DNA of 64,000 nt from Psammoneis japonica. Lineage: Eukaryota. Location of the stretch: positions 806,001 to 870,000 of the forward strand of contig QPGO01000007.1 of NCBI GenBank assembly GCA_008632985.1, in the 5' to 3' direction. The notes beneath the pieces were generated by a model. The model made no database searches and was not told where the DNA came from. It was given only the letters and a program-made list of their open reading frames with translations. Each line of letters begins with the position of its first letter. Position 1 is the stretch's first letter. Positions 21,620 through 33,747 of the stretch are shown here, one piece after another. Made by a program: the position numbers and the translations under genes.

Positions 21620-24600
21620 AACAAAACAATGGCTTTGAGCACATTTTAGGCACTGCCTGTTCCCAATCAAGTCACAGACAGTCCACTTTTCTTCACCTTC
21701 AGCATTGATGGCACTGACTCCTGCCAGGATCTCTTCACTTTTACTCCGACGCAACTCGATGCCCTGGTTTGCAATGATGGCACCAATCAAATGCCCTTGC
21801 CACGCAGCTGCAAAGCACAGATGGCTGCGTTGATTGGCCCGTGCATGGCAAAAGTGCACAGAGATGCCAATGTCAGCAACAACCCTGCCTTGTTTGTGCA
21901 TGAGGGGTTTGCTGACTGTCGTCTCAGCCCTGAGTGTGCAGCGTCCCTTTCCACAGCGGGCACAGTGCCATCTGCTCCTGCACCTGGCTCATTGCCCCCA
22001 AAACCATGTGACCCCGTGCGTGACTTTAAATGAGGCAGCAAACATGACCCACTTGCCTTTGCAACTCTCAAGCCCAACAAACATTGGCACACATGGCACA
22101 CCTCTGTTGTCGCACAGGCCGCTCCCAGAACATCGACCGCATTCTTGATCCAACATGCAAGCCCTCTGCAGCTGAGGACAAGGCCCTGCTCACCAAACAA
22201 CAGAAGCACATGTTCGCCACATTTGAGTGCATCTTGCAAAGTGACAAAGGCAAGGCACTTGTTTGTGAACATGTTGGCTCCTCTGATGCTCAAGCAGTGT
22301 GTTGTGAACTGTCCAAGTGCACCCTTGCACATGCTTGCGCATCTCTGGAGTCCTCAACCCTTCTCATGCACCTCACCACCGCTCGCCTTGGCCTTGGTGA
22401 TGGCACCTGGAAAGGCTCTGCTCATGCCTTCATGCTTCACTGGCAGGACTGACTTTGTAAGTGTGAAGCTCTCATCCCAAATGCGGACAGCTTCTTGCTG
22501 GCCAGAAACACATCATGCTTGAGAATGCCATTCACCCTGTTGAAAAACTCCGTTCAGCAAAGAACCAAGCCAATCAGTTCTGCACACAGAATGGCATGGG
22601 CGTTTCACTCAAACAGTGCTGTGGGCTCCTCCTCTCTGTGGCAGCACAGTGCAACAGCACGTTCACCCCCAAGACAGCCTCATGCACTCCGTGCTGTGCC
22701 ATCTGCAAACATGACCTGGCCCCCAACAACCCTGAAGATGATGTGTTGTTCAACATCGACAGTGATGTTGACATCATCCAAGCCTGCGCTGCACAGACTC
22801 GTGGCACCTCCCTCACCAGGGAACAATGGTGCTGCATCTTGCTGGATCACCAACACATCTAGGACGCCTTGCCTCAGTCTGCCAAGGCCATCATCCTTGG
22901 CTTGCACACTGTCTGTGCCGGCAACTGCCAGGTGTCAACTTGTCTGCCAATGCTCACAATCTTGCATCAGCCCCAAAACCACCCGATGCCACAGCAGATG
23001 CAGCCAATGCCAACCCCATCCTGGCACACCTCACCAGGTGCAAGCCTTTGCCACCTGGTGACTTGCAATGCCTCCTTGCACCTGAAAGCCCAAAAGGCCA
23101 CCATGGGCCCACTCTGGTGAGAACCCCCCAGATCTACATCCTCCCATGCTGCTGCTGCCAACATTGAGATCAATGGCCACACTTGTCATCATGCCAACAG
23201 TCACAATGTTGTCTGCTCCACCTTGACACACAACTCGACTTGCAAGGGTGCTCTCGTGGATCACAGTGCAAATGGTGGCATCACCATGCACTCGTGTGGC
23301 CAACTTGCATGGCACAAACACTGCATCAATGATCGGTCGATCAAGGTTCCCAATGGTCTGCAGTGCATCACCACCATCAATGGATGTGTCATCCCTGCCG
23401 ACATCAAAGGTGGCCTTCTGCACATTGCCACATGCCCGCACACCAATGCTGAATGTGCCCATGATCCGTCCACTTCCAACCTGCATCTTGACCCTCATCC
23501 TGACAAGAAATCTGCCAAACCCGTCATCAAACCCCACACAACTTCAAGGATTCACCAGATCCACCAGATGGGGAGGCAATCAGGATGCTCAAAATGCCAG
23601 TCTTTGACCCCAAGGTTGAGGACTGACAACGTCACAGAGCCCACATCTTCAAGGCCTTTGACTCTGAGGTTGAGGACAGACAATGTTGCAGAGCCCGCAT
23701 CTTCAAGGCCATTGAAGGTTGAAGACCATGACTGGAAAATTGGCAACAACCTGGAACTGGTCAAATTTGTTTGCTCTGTTGACAATGATGAATGTGAAAA
23801 AATCCTTGCCTGCAATGACATCATGCACCACATCAAGCAAGAAGACAAGGACTCCACTCTTTGGAAGTTCCGACATCATTTTGCACAAAGGACCATCCAG
23901 CCCAAGCCACAATGTCATGCTTGAATGGGAGAATGGGGAGATTGCATTGGAACCCCTTGCCATCATTGCCAAGGACAATCCCATCACCTGTGTCATCTGC
24001 ACAGGCAAACACAGCCTGCTTGAAACCAAAAGCTGGAAACGCTTCCAAACTGTGGCTCTGCACCAGAAGAAGCCATTCCACATGACCAACCAAGCCAAGC
24101 TGTGCTCATTTTGCACTGCACCACAACACAAGCACAGGCATGAAGTGCCACAAGATTGCAGGCACACCTTGGCCCTTGACAAGTGCAATGGCAACCACAA
24201 GTTGGGGATGCAACAGACCTTGAGATGACTCAGCTGGGGTGAGCACAAGGTTTTCTATGACTGTGGACACTGCAAGGACTCCACACAAGAAGATCAGGGT
24301 GCATCCAGTCTGCAACGTCAAACATGACGGGTGGCACAAGGCACAACTTGTTGCTGATGGATGCCTCACAGATGCACTCATTGATGGTCTGCACATCACT
24401 TTGCATTGCCTTGGCATCCCCATTCGTGAAACATGTCACATGTTTGGGGACAACAAGTTGGTTGTGGACAGTGCTGCCATCCCACACTCCAAGTTACACA
24501 AGCGACACACTGCCCTCTTGTTCCACCATGTGTGCGAGGTGATTGCCTCCAGTTTTCCAAGGTTCCTGCAACCCAGCTGACATTCTCAGCAAGCACTGGG

Positions 24601-24940
24601 GCTGCTCCCAGGTCTGGAACATCCTTTGTCCTCTAATGTTTTGGAACTTTGATCCCAAGGCTTTCAACCAATCTGACCTTGAATCCATTGCTGTGGACTC
24701 CTCAAGCAAACTGGGGAGTGACAGGATTTGAATGAGATTTGAGTTTGTCGCACACAATTGTGTGTGCTCTCAGTTGCGTGCACAGTGCATGATGTGGTTT
24801 GGCTCAATGACAGCAGTGCTGACATCACAACACCAGTCTTTTGGCTCCTGTGATGGTCTCTGCATGAAGACTCATCCGCCATTTAGACAGCAGCAAGGAG
24901 TTGTTGTTTTCTTCCACCCAGTTGTCTTCAATTTCTGTCA
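21620..24940 (+). mobile_element. Internally deleted, degenerate Ty1/Copia (CoDi-like) element
   Basis: Gag 'KQQKHMFATFECILQSDKGKALV..DAQAV..LTTARLG..WKGSAHAFMLHWQD'. Protease 'ALVDHSANGG'. 'VMLEWENGEIALEPL'. RT start 'VKHDGWHKAQLVADG' joined directly to RNase H 'MFGDNKLVV..LHKRHTALLFHHV..NPADILSKHWG'. Confidence 0.85.
24719..24940 (+). repeat. Probable 3' LTR of the Copia element
   Basis: Follows the polypurine tract GGGGAG. Starts TGACAGGATT and ends ATTTCTGTCA (imperfect terminal inverted repeat). No matching 5' LTR found. Confidence 0.55.
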
Positions 24941-25249
24941 GGTCTGCAGCAGCTGACATTGTGAGCAACAAACAACTCTAGATCAACAACACTTGACTCA
25001 ACAACAAACAGCTGGACAGCACAGTGTTTTCATTTGTTGATTGCTGTGATCTTGTTGCTGGTGCAAGGGAAAATGCCTTGAGCATGACAAGTGCTGTTTT
25101 TGCGAGGCGAGGTGAAGCAGATTGAGAAAGACAGAAGTCTGCAGTGCGTCACACACGTGTGATCACAGCAAAATCTCCACAAAGTCTGTCCATGCCTCAC
25201 CTGGTCAGGAGGAATGCATGAAGCTTCCCCAGTTGTCTCCATTCAACAT

Positions 25250-26690
25250 GAGACTCTAAATGTGTCTTGAAGAGCTCTGTGCGACCTTTCCACCGACACA
25301 TGCTTGGGTCATGGGGTCTGTGGCTTCATCCTAAAAAAAGTCCACTGAATTTTTCACTGGAGTCCAATGCAATTTAAGGCACGGTGCAAATTGAGGCACA
25401 CTTTGCATTGGCCCCTCACAAGCTGCAAGCTCCATTAAAGTTTTGTGAGTTGCTGCAACATGTTCGGTGCACTTTTGCCCTTCCTTGAACTTCCATTGAG
25501 AACAGTGCTTTTCTTGCCTCTTGAATGTGGCACAAATGCTGATGAACGGACACCAGTTCTCTTTGCAGCATGGTGTTTATGCCAAAAATGAACAAGTTCA
25601 TAACTTGCATCATCTGTTGTGCATCATGTGTTTCCAAGTTGCGTGCACGCAACAAACTGCAGCAGCACAACACAGTGCGTGCGGCTGATGTCCCACTTTA
25701 CGGCGTGATGTCTCAATGGTGCTTGCACCAATTTCCCCATTTCTTTTTTCAACATTGGGAGCAATTGCACAATGCATCCTGCCAGGTTGGTCCCATTGTG
25801 TGTCATTGAGAGTTGTGGATTTCTGTTTTGTCCAAAAATCTTCTCAGAGCGGGCAAGTCACGCAGGCGCACTGCAACAAATGAAGGACAAAAACATTTTT
25901 TGACAACACCAAACACTTTTAACCAAACCAGCCAATGCTTGCATTGAATGAGCTTCTCCATTGCTGTCATGATGCCATTCCTTCTCAACCAAGCCACTCG
26001 TTCACTGCGTCCGTCATGGTTGACAATTTGCAGCTGAGGCTCCTTGGACCAATTCGTCCTTGGTTTCTTCACTGCAATGGACCCATCACTCTTGCCACCA
26101 TCCATTGATGCCTTGCGCTTTTTGTCTTTGTCATTCTCAGCTGCAGCAGTCTTCTTGGCAGACCGCACGAAGAAAGTGCCTCGCCGATGATGTTCTGGCA
26201 GCACTGCTGGCAGCATCCTTTGCAAACTTCGCTTTCTTCTTCTTTGGATGGCCATGACATTTGTTTTTTGAGAAGAAGTCAGTCACAAAAGAAAGCTTTG
26301 CCTTCTTTGCATCTTCCTGCGTTTTGGGGGGCTTCAAAAGGTGGCGCCATGGTCGATCTTTGAAAGAGAAATGAGGCGCCAAATCTTGGTGGTATCCTAC
26401 GTAGAAGTCACGGTTGTTTCTACGTGAGAAAAAAGAATTGCCTTCATGTGCGACGTCAATACTATCCTCAGTCATGACGAAATATTTTTCGAAGGACATA
26501 AAATGACAAGGACGTGGAATTTCGGAGTCGTATAAATTTTTTCCTGGCCAGCGCAATCAGATCTTTCATTTGCGCGCGTCAAAAGGGCGGGAAAATGGAA
26601 CATTGAAGTTTTTCAGGTCTGTTTCAAAGCTGACTGCTGACAAAAATTTCAATTTTTTTTGGACGCGGGTTCACGCAAATCCCTGCATTA
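25250..26690 (-). mobile_element. Possible DNA-transposon relic
   Basis: Frameshifted basic ORF pieces ('KKRKASMDGG..KKPRTNWSKEP') grading from intact to TpA-depleted. No transposase catalytic motif or TIR pair confirmed. Confidence 0.3.
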
Positions 26691-26700
26691 GACTAGACCC

Positions 26701-27968
26701 ATGAGCCGAATCATGATGATGATGATGATTGGTCCGATTTCCTTTTTGTGCTTGTTCGTGTTTGTCGCCGCGGCGGATCCGCACGAGCAGCAGCAGCAGC
26801 ATCTCCGGGAACTTGCCAAACCTTCGTGCGATGATACTCGATGCCGTTGGGACTGTGTGGCCAAGAACTGCCCGCAGATAGCTACGTTTGTACGAGCTGT
26901 GGTGGAGGAGGCGGTCCTCCTACTTCTACACCAAGTCCAGTGACGTCTCCGCCTACCCTATGCTCTGCCGAGGGAGAGTCCTGTCAGGGAGGGAATACTT
27001 GTTGTCCTGGCTTTACCTGTCTTAGCTTTGGCAAGGGCAGAAACAAATTCGCCTTTTGTTCTCTCTATACGGGATCCCAAGGCAATCGGAATGGTCCTGT
27101 TGCGTCTGCGGACAACACCGACATGAAATTCCTCGCCTTTGGAGACACGCCCTATGATGAAAATTTTCCGTATCCGTTCGAAGGAACGGATTATGAGTGC
27201 CTGCGGGACGTGATTCTGCCCGGAGTCCAGAGCCTTTCGGTCAACGACATTGTTGATTGGATAGTGCATGTGGGAGATATCAAAAAGGGACAAGAAGATT
27301 ATGCCAACTTTTGTGACGATGGGGTCTTTACCTCCAGATCCAATCTTTTTTCGGCGGTCGAACCCGATTTGGACTTTTTGTTGCTTGCTGGTGACAATGA
27401 GTTTAGCTCAGAATGCACGGGATGGACTGCCCAAGTCAACGACAGTGACGAAATTCAGACACGTTGGCGTAATTACTTTACCACTGGAGACTTTGCGGGT
27501 CTCGACAAGTTGTCTCCTCGATGGGGAAGTCCTTCCTTTCTTCGACAGACGGATTATCCGGAGAACTTCTTCATGTACTATGCGGCTTTGAACTTGGCCT
27601 TTTTTGGAATTACAGAACCAGCGGGGGATAACGATTACAATCTGCTCAATGCTAATTTTATTCAGTCACAGCTTTCTGGTCTCGGCTCGACACCCGATGC
27701 CATTATCATCATGGGGCATGCAAACTTGGAGACGAGTGGCTCTTTGGACCATGTCTTTGACGTTTTGGATGGCTACAGCGATATTCCCATGCTCTATGTC
27801 ATGGGAAATGACCACAAGTACGCAATGGACTTTATGGCTCCTCAACGGCTGCCCAAACTCTTGCAGTTGACGGTGGAAGCCTTCAAGTCGGCACCTCTCT
27901 TGGTGTCCATTGTCAATGTCGATGGGGCCAAATTCTTTCATGTCGAAAAGACGGCATACTCTTGTTGA
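26701..27968 (+). CDS. Secreted calcineurin-like metallophosphoesterase with Cys-rich N-terminal modules; apparent 1-nt frameshift at ~26871
   Basis: Signal peptide (MSRIMMMMMIGPISFLCLFVFVAAA) is in one frame. Motifs FGDTPY, VHVGDIK, AGDNE, MGHA and GNDH are in the 26841 frame. One extra C in 'aactgcccgcagat' joins them (NCP-ADSY). Confidence 0.75.
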
Positions 27969-28289
27969 TGGGTGGGATTGTCATTGAGTATCAATTATAC
28001 CTATCAGAGCTTACGATAACGTTCGCATTAGTTCATCTAAGTTTTTAGAGGCATGTCTCGACCTAACAGAGAAAGTAGCGTTGCGCCAAGGGGACCCTAT
28101 CCACTGGGTTGCATGTGAGTCGACTGCCGGAGGCAAACACCACACACGTTTCGGGGTCGACGTGTACATCTGCCGTGCTGCGCTACCTGGACGATAGCTG
28201 CTTCCTCAAATGATTCATGTCAAGCTGCAGCTGGCTGGCCAGTGTCGAAGTGATGATCTTTACAAGCTGCTAGAATGCAAGGATGAACA

Positions 28290-28907
28290 GTTGTCTTGGG
28301 ATGGCCTTGGATGACTCCATTGGGTCCCAGAGGATGCAACAATGACAATGGTTGGGAAGCAAAGGTCTTGTCTTGTGTCAATGCAGCAGCTTGTCTCTCT
28401 GATGTTGCTGGCCTTGGCCCCCAGCCAGCCAACCAGCAGAGACAAGGGCGCCATCTGTGCGACAGTGCAAGTGCTCTGTTGTCTTGAGGTGGCGTTGGAT
28501 GACTCCATTGGGTCCCAGAGATGCAACAACAACAATGGTTGGGAAGCAAAGGCCTTGTCTTGTGTTGACACAACCCTTTGTCCCTCTGACATGACTGGGT
28601 TTGGCCCAGCCACCCCACCTGCAGTGACAAGACCCATCTGTGTGACAGTGCAAGTGCTCAGTTGTCTTGGGATGGCCTTGGACAACTCCATTGGGTCCCA
28701 GAGGACACAACAACGACAACAACAACGGCTGGGAAGCAAAAGCCTTGTCTTGTGTTGATGCAGCCCTTTGTCTCTCTGACATGACTGGGTTTGGCCCAGC
28801 CACCCCACCTGCTGAGACAAGAAAACCATCAGTGTGACAGTGCAAGTGCTCAGTTGCCTTGGGATGGCCTTGGATGACTCCATTGGGTTGAAGAGGTCAC
28901 AACAATG
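28290..28907. repeat. Degenerate ~185-bp tandem repeat (3+ units; 4th unit interrupted by the Gypsy element, resuming at ~34186)
   Basis: 'gttgtcttgggatggccttggatgactccattggg' recurs at ~28290, 28478, 28661 and 28853. 'caatggttgggaagcaaaggccttgtcttgtgt' reappears at ~34190. Confidence 0.8.
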
Positions 28908-29332
28908 TGCAGCATGCCTCGCTGCTGGACAACACGGCGAGACCGTGCACAAGCCTCTTGTGCATGGCAACGTGGTGTTGTCAACACGCACCTGGGAAGC
29001 ACGACCACAGGAGGGCGTGGCTCCAGGTCTTAGGCAATTCCAGAAGGATGCCAAGAGAGCATCCGTGTGAAGCACACCAGCCCGTCCTCTGGCCCACGAT
29101 GGCAGCGTGATTCCACACGATGACATCACTCGTGCATGGCGCGTGATGGCTTAATTCGCACGATCCACAATGCGAACGCATGATCGATTTAATGCGATCC
29201 AAATGCGAACGAATGGGGATTTGGCAAGATTCCCCATTCGCACGATCCCATTTTCTCTGCTCTGAACTGGCTCACAATTTTCACAACGACAAAGTCGCAA
29301 CACATCTTCTTTTTCAGTGCCCAGCACACACA
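28908..29332 (+). repeat. 5' LTR of Gypsy-1
   Basis: Aligns end to end with 33748-34177. Confidence 0.9.
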
Positions 29333-31120
29333 TGGGGCACAGCAATGTCACTCCCGCATGTTGTGCGAGGTGACAAAATCTGCAGAAACGAAACTACGAA
29401 ATGTTGGCAGGACCGACAAATCTTAAAACGACCATGAAGAAGCGGACTGAGCCGCCGATTCCGTTTGCACGGCCGGAGAAGAAAGAGCCGCAGCAGGGCG
29501 AGCACCAGACGTTCAAGCTGCGTAACAACCCCACTGATCCGGACAGTCCAACGCACGAGATGGGCATCCCGTGCCTTTCTGCGGCTACATGCGAGACACT
29601 CCTGATCTTTCTGCGCAACGTGGGTCGCGTGCGCGAAGGACAAAACATCACGACCGGGCCAGCGAAATTTGCCCTCATGCGTGACCTGCTGCAGGGCGAT
29701 GCTCTGACGTCATTCAACAATGCCGCTGACAAGCAGGCATCCCAAACCAACGCTGCGTGCGCAGCATGCGTCGCGAAGCTAAAGGAAAGCATCTCCCCAA
29801 ACGGGGCGGTGCTGTTGCAGAAGCGTTGTCTGCGGCGCTTCATGCGCAAGCCCGCAGAGGTTTCTGATTGACGGCTGTATCTCTCAGTTTCCACCCGTGA
29901 CGGAGGATGGAGAAACACCGGCACCATCACCCAACGACGAACTATGCGACATGTTCGAGTACGGTGTGCCGAACGCATGGCAGAAGTTCATGACGCTACA
30001 GAACTTTGACCCGTTGGCGCATGCTATCGCCGAATTTGTACAGTTCTGTGAGCGCATCGAGCAGGTCGAGCTTACCGAAGGTAACCAGGACCAACATACT
30101 AAGGTTCCACGTAAGCGGGGACGTAGAATGGACAATCCTGAGTCGTTGATCACGACCCAGCGGAACACCCAGAGTCGTGTATGCTACACGGGACTAACTG
30201 TGGACATGATACGGAAGATTGCCGTCAGCTCAAGCACCACGTGAAACGTGTCAAGACTGGACATTCCAATAACGGAGGCGGCAAGCCTAATACAAAACCT
30301 CGGAATGAGGAAGATATTAATACTCTCATCGGATCGAAGGTCGAGGAGTACTTTGCCAACGCTCAGAAAAAGCGTAAGGCCCGCGAGGAGGAGCTTAATC
30401 ACTTCCGCGACCTCAACTTAAGTGATTCCGAAGACTCGGACGCCTGAGAAGGGGGCCGACACGATACAGGTAGTTTTAATACATTGGATGAATGCATAAA
30501 TGAAAAACTGAATTACCATCGTACACGTGTTGTAGGCCAATCCCGTAAACGAGTTAAAAAGACTCATCTTACTCCAATCTTGTTTTTAGCTATGAATACT
30601 AAACATGGCAAGGGCAAGACTCAAACCATTAAGGCACTACTAGATAGTGGCGCCAGCAGTACTCTACTCGATAGTCGATACTGTAAACGTCTGCGAAGCC
30701 ATTCAACGGCTGAGACAAACTGGACTACGGTAGCAGGCTCGTTTAGTACGTCTAACGACTGTACCGTTAAATTTTGGTTACCAGAATTATCCGAAACTGG
30801 AGAACTTAAGCATACCGTCCACGTACACAACGGAAAGTTGGGCAAGTACGATATGATTATTGGACGTGACATTCTGGAGACACAAGGCATTGATATTGTC
30901 TTCTCTAAACAGATGATAGAGTGGCCATTAGTCAATGGAGAAGTACCAATGAGGCACGTAGATGCTACGGTGGAAACCTCCTTCTATCTTCAAGATCCAG
31001 AAGCCTTATCTTCGGAAACCGACCGGATTTCGCGTATTTTAGACGCTAAGTACGCGCCGGCCTGCCTCGAGGACATAACGCGAGGGCAATAAATTTTCTA
31101 TAGTTCAACAAAACGACCTT

Positions 31121-33706
31121 TTGGCACTATTGAAACGCCATGAGTCCTTATTTGATGGGACATTAGGAGAATGGAAGGGAGAACCCTACCATATCCAACT
31201 CAAGGAGGGTGTAGAACCATACCACGCTCGTCCGTATAAAGTACCTCGTGCGTACGAAGCTACGCTACGTAAAGAAGTAGAACGCCTAGTACGTATCGGT
31301 GTTCTCAAACGCGTTAACCGATCCCAATGGGCAGCTCCATCATTTATCATACCGAAGAAAGATTTAACGGTACGCTTTATTAATGATTTGAGAGAGCTGA
31401 ATAAACGGATCAAGCGATTGCCTTATCCGATTCCTCATATCCAAGATATGCTACTTAAGCTCGAAGGCTTTATGTGGGCTACATCGCTGAATTTAAACAT
31501 CGGCTATTATCACATCCGATTGGATACTGATAGCAAGAAGCTCTGCACGCTCATCTTCCCGTGGGGCAAGTATGAGATGCAAGTATTGCCCATGGGATTA
31601 TGTAATTCGCCAGACATTTTCCAAGAACGCATGTCAGGCTTATTTGAAGATCTATCGTTCGTTCGAACGTACTTAGATGACCTTCTCGTCGTGACGAAAG
31701 GCACCTATGAAGATCACCTCAACAAACTTGAAGAAGTCTCATTGAGGGTCCAGAAAGCAGGACTAAAAGTTAACGCAACTAAATCTCACTTCTGTCAAAC
31801 CCAATTAGAACACTTGGGTTATCTGGTCAACAGAGACGGAGTGCGGCCAACACCTGATAAAGTCGACGCCATCAAGGGAATCGCGACCCCAGCCAACAAA
31901 CGCGACCTGCGTTCATTTGTTGGCATGGCGAACTGCTGCCGCGACACGTGGATTGGACGTTCTGAAGTCTTGGCTCCGCTGACACGACTCGCAAGCGAGG
32001 CTGTTAAGTGGGAGTGGACGTCCGTTGAAGACGAGGCGTTCGAAACCGTTGAACGGGCAACATCGGATGATGTTTTGTTGTCACATCCTGATTTTAACAA
32101 ACCCTTTGAGATGCATGCCGATGCCTCTAAATGTCAATTGGGAGCAGTTGTGTCCCAAGATGACAAACCCGTCGCCTTTTACAGCAGAAAGCTCAACAGC
32201 GCGCAACTAAACTACACAACAACGGAGAGAGAATTGCTCGCCATTGTGGAGACGTTGAAAGAATTTCGAACGATTCTCCTTGGTCATCGTGTGATCACAT
32301 GTGCTGATCATAAAAATCTTGCGTGCAAAGCATTCAATGCCAAGCGTGTCATGCACTGGCGGTTGACATGCGAAGAATGCGGCCCCGAATTACGCTGTGT
32401 TAAGGGCACCCACAACCCAGTCGCTGATGCTCTCAGTCGCCTTCGACCAGCACCCAGCTTGCCTTCCGAAGCCAATCCGGATGTAAAAGACACTCCATCG
32501 AGTCGTCCTTTGCATGAAGCCTTCAATGCAGACGCTCAAGATGAGCTGTCTCTGCCTGTCAGCTTCAAGCGCATTCAAAAAGCACAGCAAAAGGACAAGC
32601 GCCTGCTCTCAAGAGCCAAGGACTCGTCCGACTGCTCCATTCACGCGTGTCGTGGGGGAGGGTCATCACGACAGTTAATCTGTCATAAGGACAAAATCGC
32701 AGCACCACAGTCATTGCAGGTTCCGCTGACTGAATGGCACCACGAGACATTGTGTCATCCAGGTGAGACACGTGCAGAAACATCTGTTGCCCAGCACTTC
32801 TGTTGGCCCAGTGTGAGGTCTACGGTGCATTCTGCGTGCGTCAAGTGCAGCCGATGCCAGAAGACAAAACGCCGAACGCAGCATTGTGGGAAGCTGCCAG
32901 AAAAGGTCGCAGAGATGATTCCATGGGAAACTCCATGCACAGATGTGACAGGGCCACATAAAATTCAAAGACGCGGAAAGGACACCTTGCAATTGTGGGC
33001 AGTCACAATGATTGACCCAGCAACCGGGTGGTTCGAGATTAAAGAAGTGTCTGCGAAACGCGCAGACGTCGCAGCAAACGTTGTGGAACAAACGTGGCCA
33101 TGCAGACATCCGTGGCCAACCCAGGCAGTTTATGACCGTGGGACAGAATTTGTGGCAGAATTTAGCCAGATGATTAAAAATGACTGTGGGATTTTGAAGA
33201 AACCCACAAGCAAACGGAATCCACAGGCGAGTGCCACAGTGGAACGTGTGCACCAGACACTTGGTGACATGGTGCATTCCTTTTCAGCACAGGACATGGA
33301 ACTGGACGAAGATGACCCATGGAGTGGCATCCTCTCCGCAGTGGCCTTCGCCATTGGAGCTGCGGCACACACGACCACGCGTGCAAGCCCCGTGCAATTG
33401 GTCTTCGGATGCGATGCGGTTTCATCCATTGCCCATCGTGCTGAGTGGAAGCACATAGAAACCAGAAAGCAGAAGCTTGTCCACTTAAACAACAAGCGTG
33501 AAAATCAGAAACGCAAGGAGCATCAATGTGCCGCAGGGCAATTGGTGCTTGTCAAACAGGAACAATCCTCTAAATGCGGTTCTGACAGCTGTGCAGGACC
33601 CGCCAGAGTTGTCCGTGCATGTTGTGACAACGGCACGTTGCATGTCCAGAACAGAGCGCTGATAGATGCGTGCAATCTACGGCAGATTGCACCCTGTCAC
33701 CAGTGA
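31121..33706 (+). CDS. Gypsy pol (RT-RNase H-integrase); open frame, but the 3' two-thirds carries many missense changes
   Basis: 861-aa ORF. Conserved Tyr replaced by Cys/His after ~31800 (e.g. NCCRD, LSHPDF, EECGPELRC, RHPWP). Confidence 0.85.
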   Translation: MALLKRHESLFDGTLGEWKGEPYHIQLKEGVEPYHARPYKVPRAYEATLRKEVERLVRIGVLKRVNRSQWAAPSFIIPKKDLTVRFINDLRELNKRIKRLPYPIPHIQDMLLKLEGFMWATSLNLNIGYYHIRLDTDSKKLCTLIFPWGKYEMQVLPMGLCNSPDIFQERMSGLFEDLSFVRTYLDDLLVVTKGTYEDHLNKLEEVSLRVQKAGLKVNATKSHFCQTQLEHLGYLVNRDGVRPTPDKVDAIKGIATPANKRDLRSFVGMANCCRDTWIGRSEVLAPLTRLASEAVKWEWTSVEDEAFETVERATSDDVLLSHPDFNKPFEMHADASKCQLGAVVSQDDKPVAFYSRKLNSAQLNYTTTERELLAIVETLKEFRTILLGHRVITCADHKNLACKAFNAKRVMHWRLTCEECGPELRCVKGTHNPVADALSRLRPAPSLPSEANPDVKDTPSSRPLHEAFNADAQDELSLPVSFKRIQKAQQKDKRLLSRAKDSSDCSIHACRGGGSSRQLICHKDKIAAPQSLQVPLTEWHHETLCHPGETRAETSVAQHFCWPSVRSTVHSACVKCSRCQKTKRRTQHCGKLPEKVAEMIPWETPCTDVTGPHKIQRRGKDTLQLWAVTMIDPATGWFEIKEVSAKRADVAANVVEQTWPCRHPWPTQAVYDRGTEFVAEFSQMIKNDCGILKKPTSKRNPQASATVERVHQTLGDMVHSFSAQDMELDEDDPWSGILSAVAFAIGAAAHTTTRASPVQLVFGCDAVSSIAHRAEWKHIETRKQKLVHLNNKRENQKRKEHQCAAGQLVLVKQEQSSKCGSDSCAGPARVVRACCDNGTLHVQNRALIDACNLRQIAPCHQ

Positions 33707-33747
33707 GACATCCTGTCACTTGACGGGGCCCTGATCATGGGGGAGTG

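Noticed and set aside
28290..28907. CRISPR-like array
   Set aside because: The units are long degenerate tandem repeats without unique spacers, in a eukaryotic context with no cas genes.
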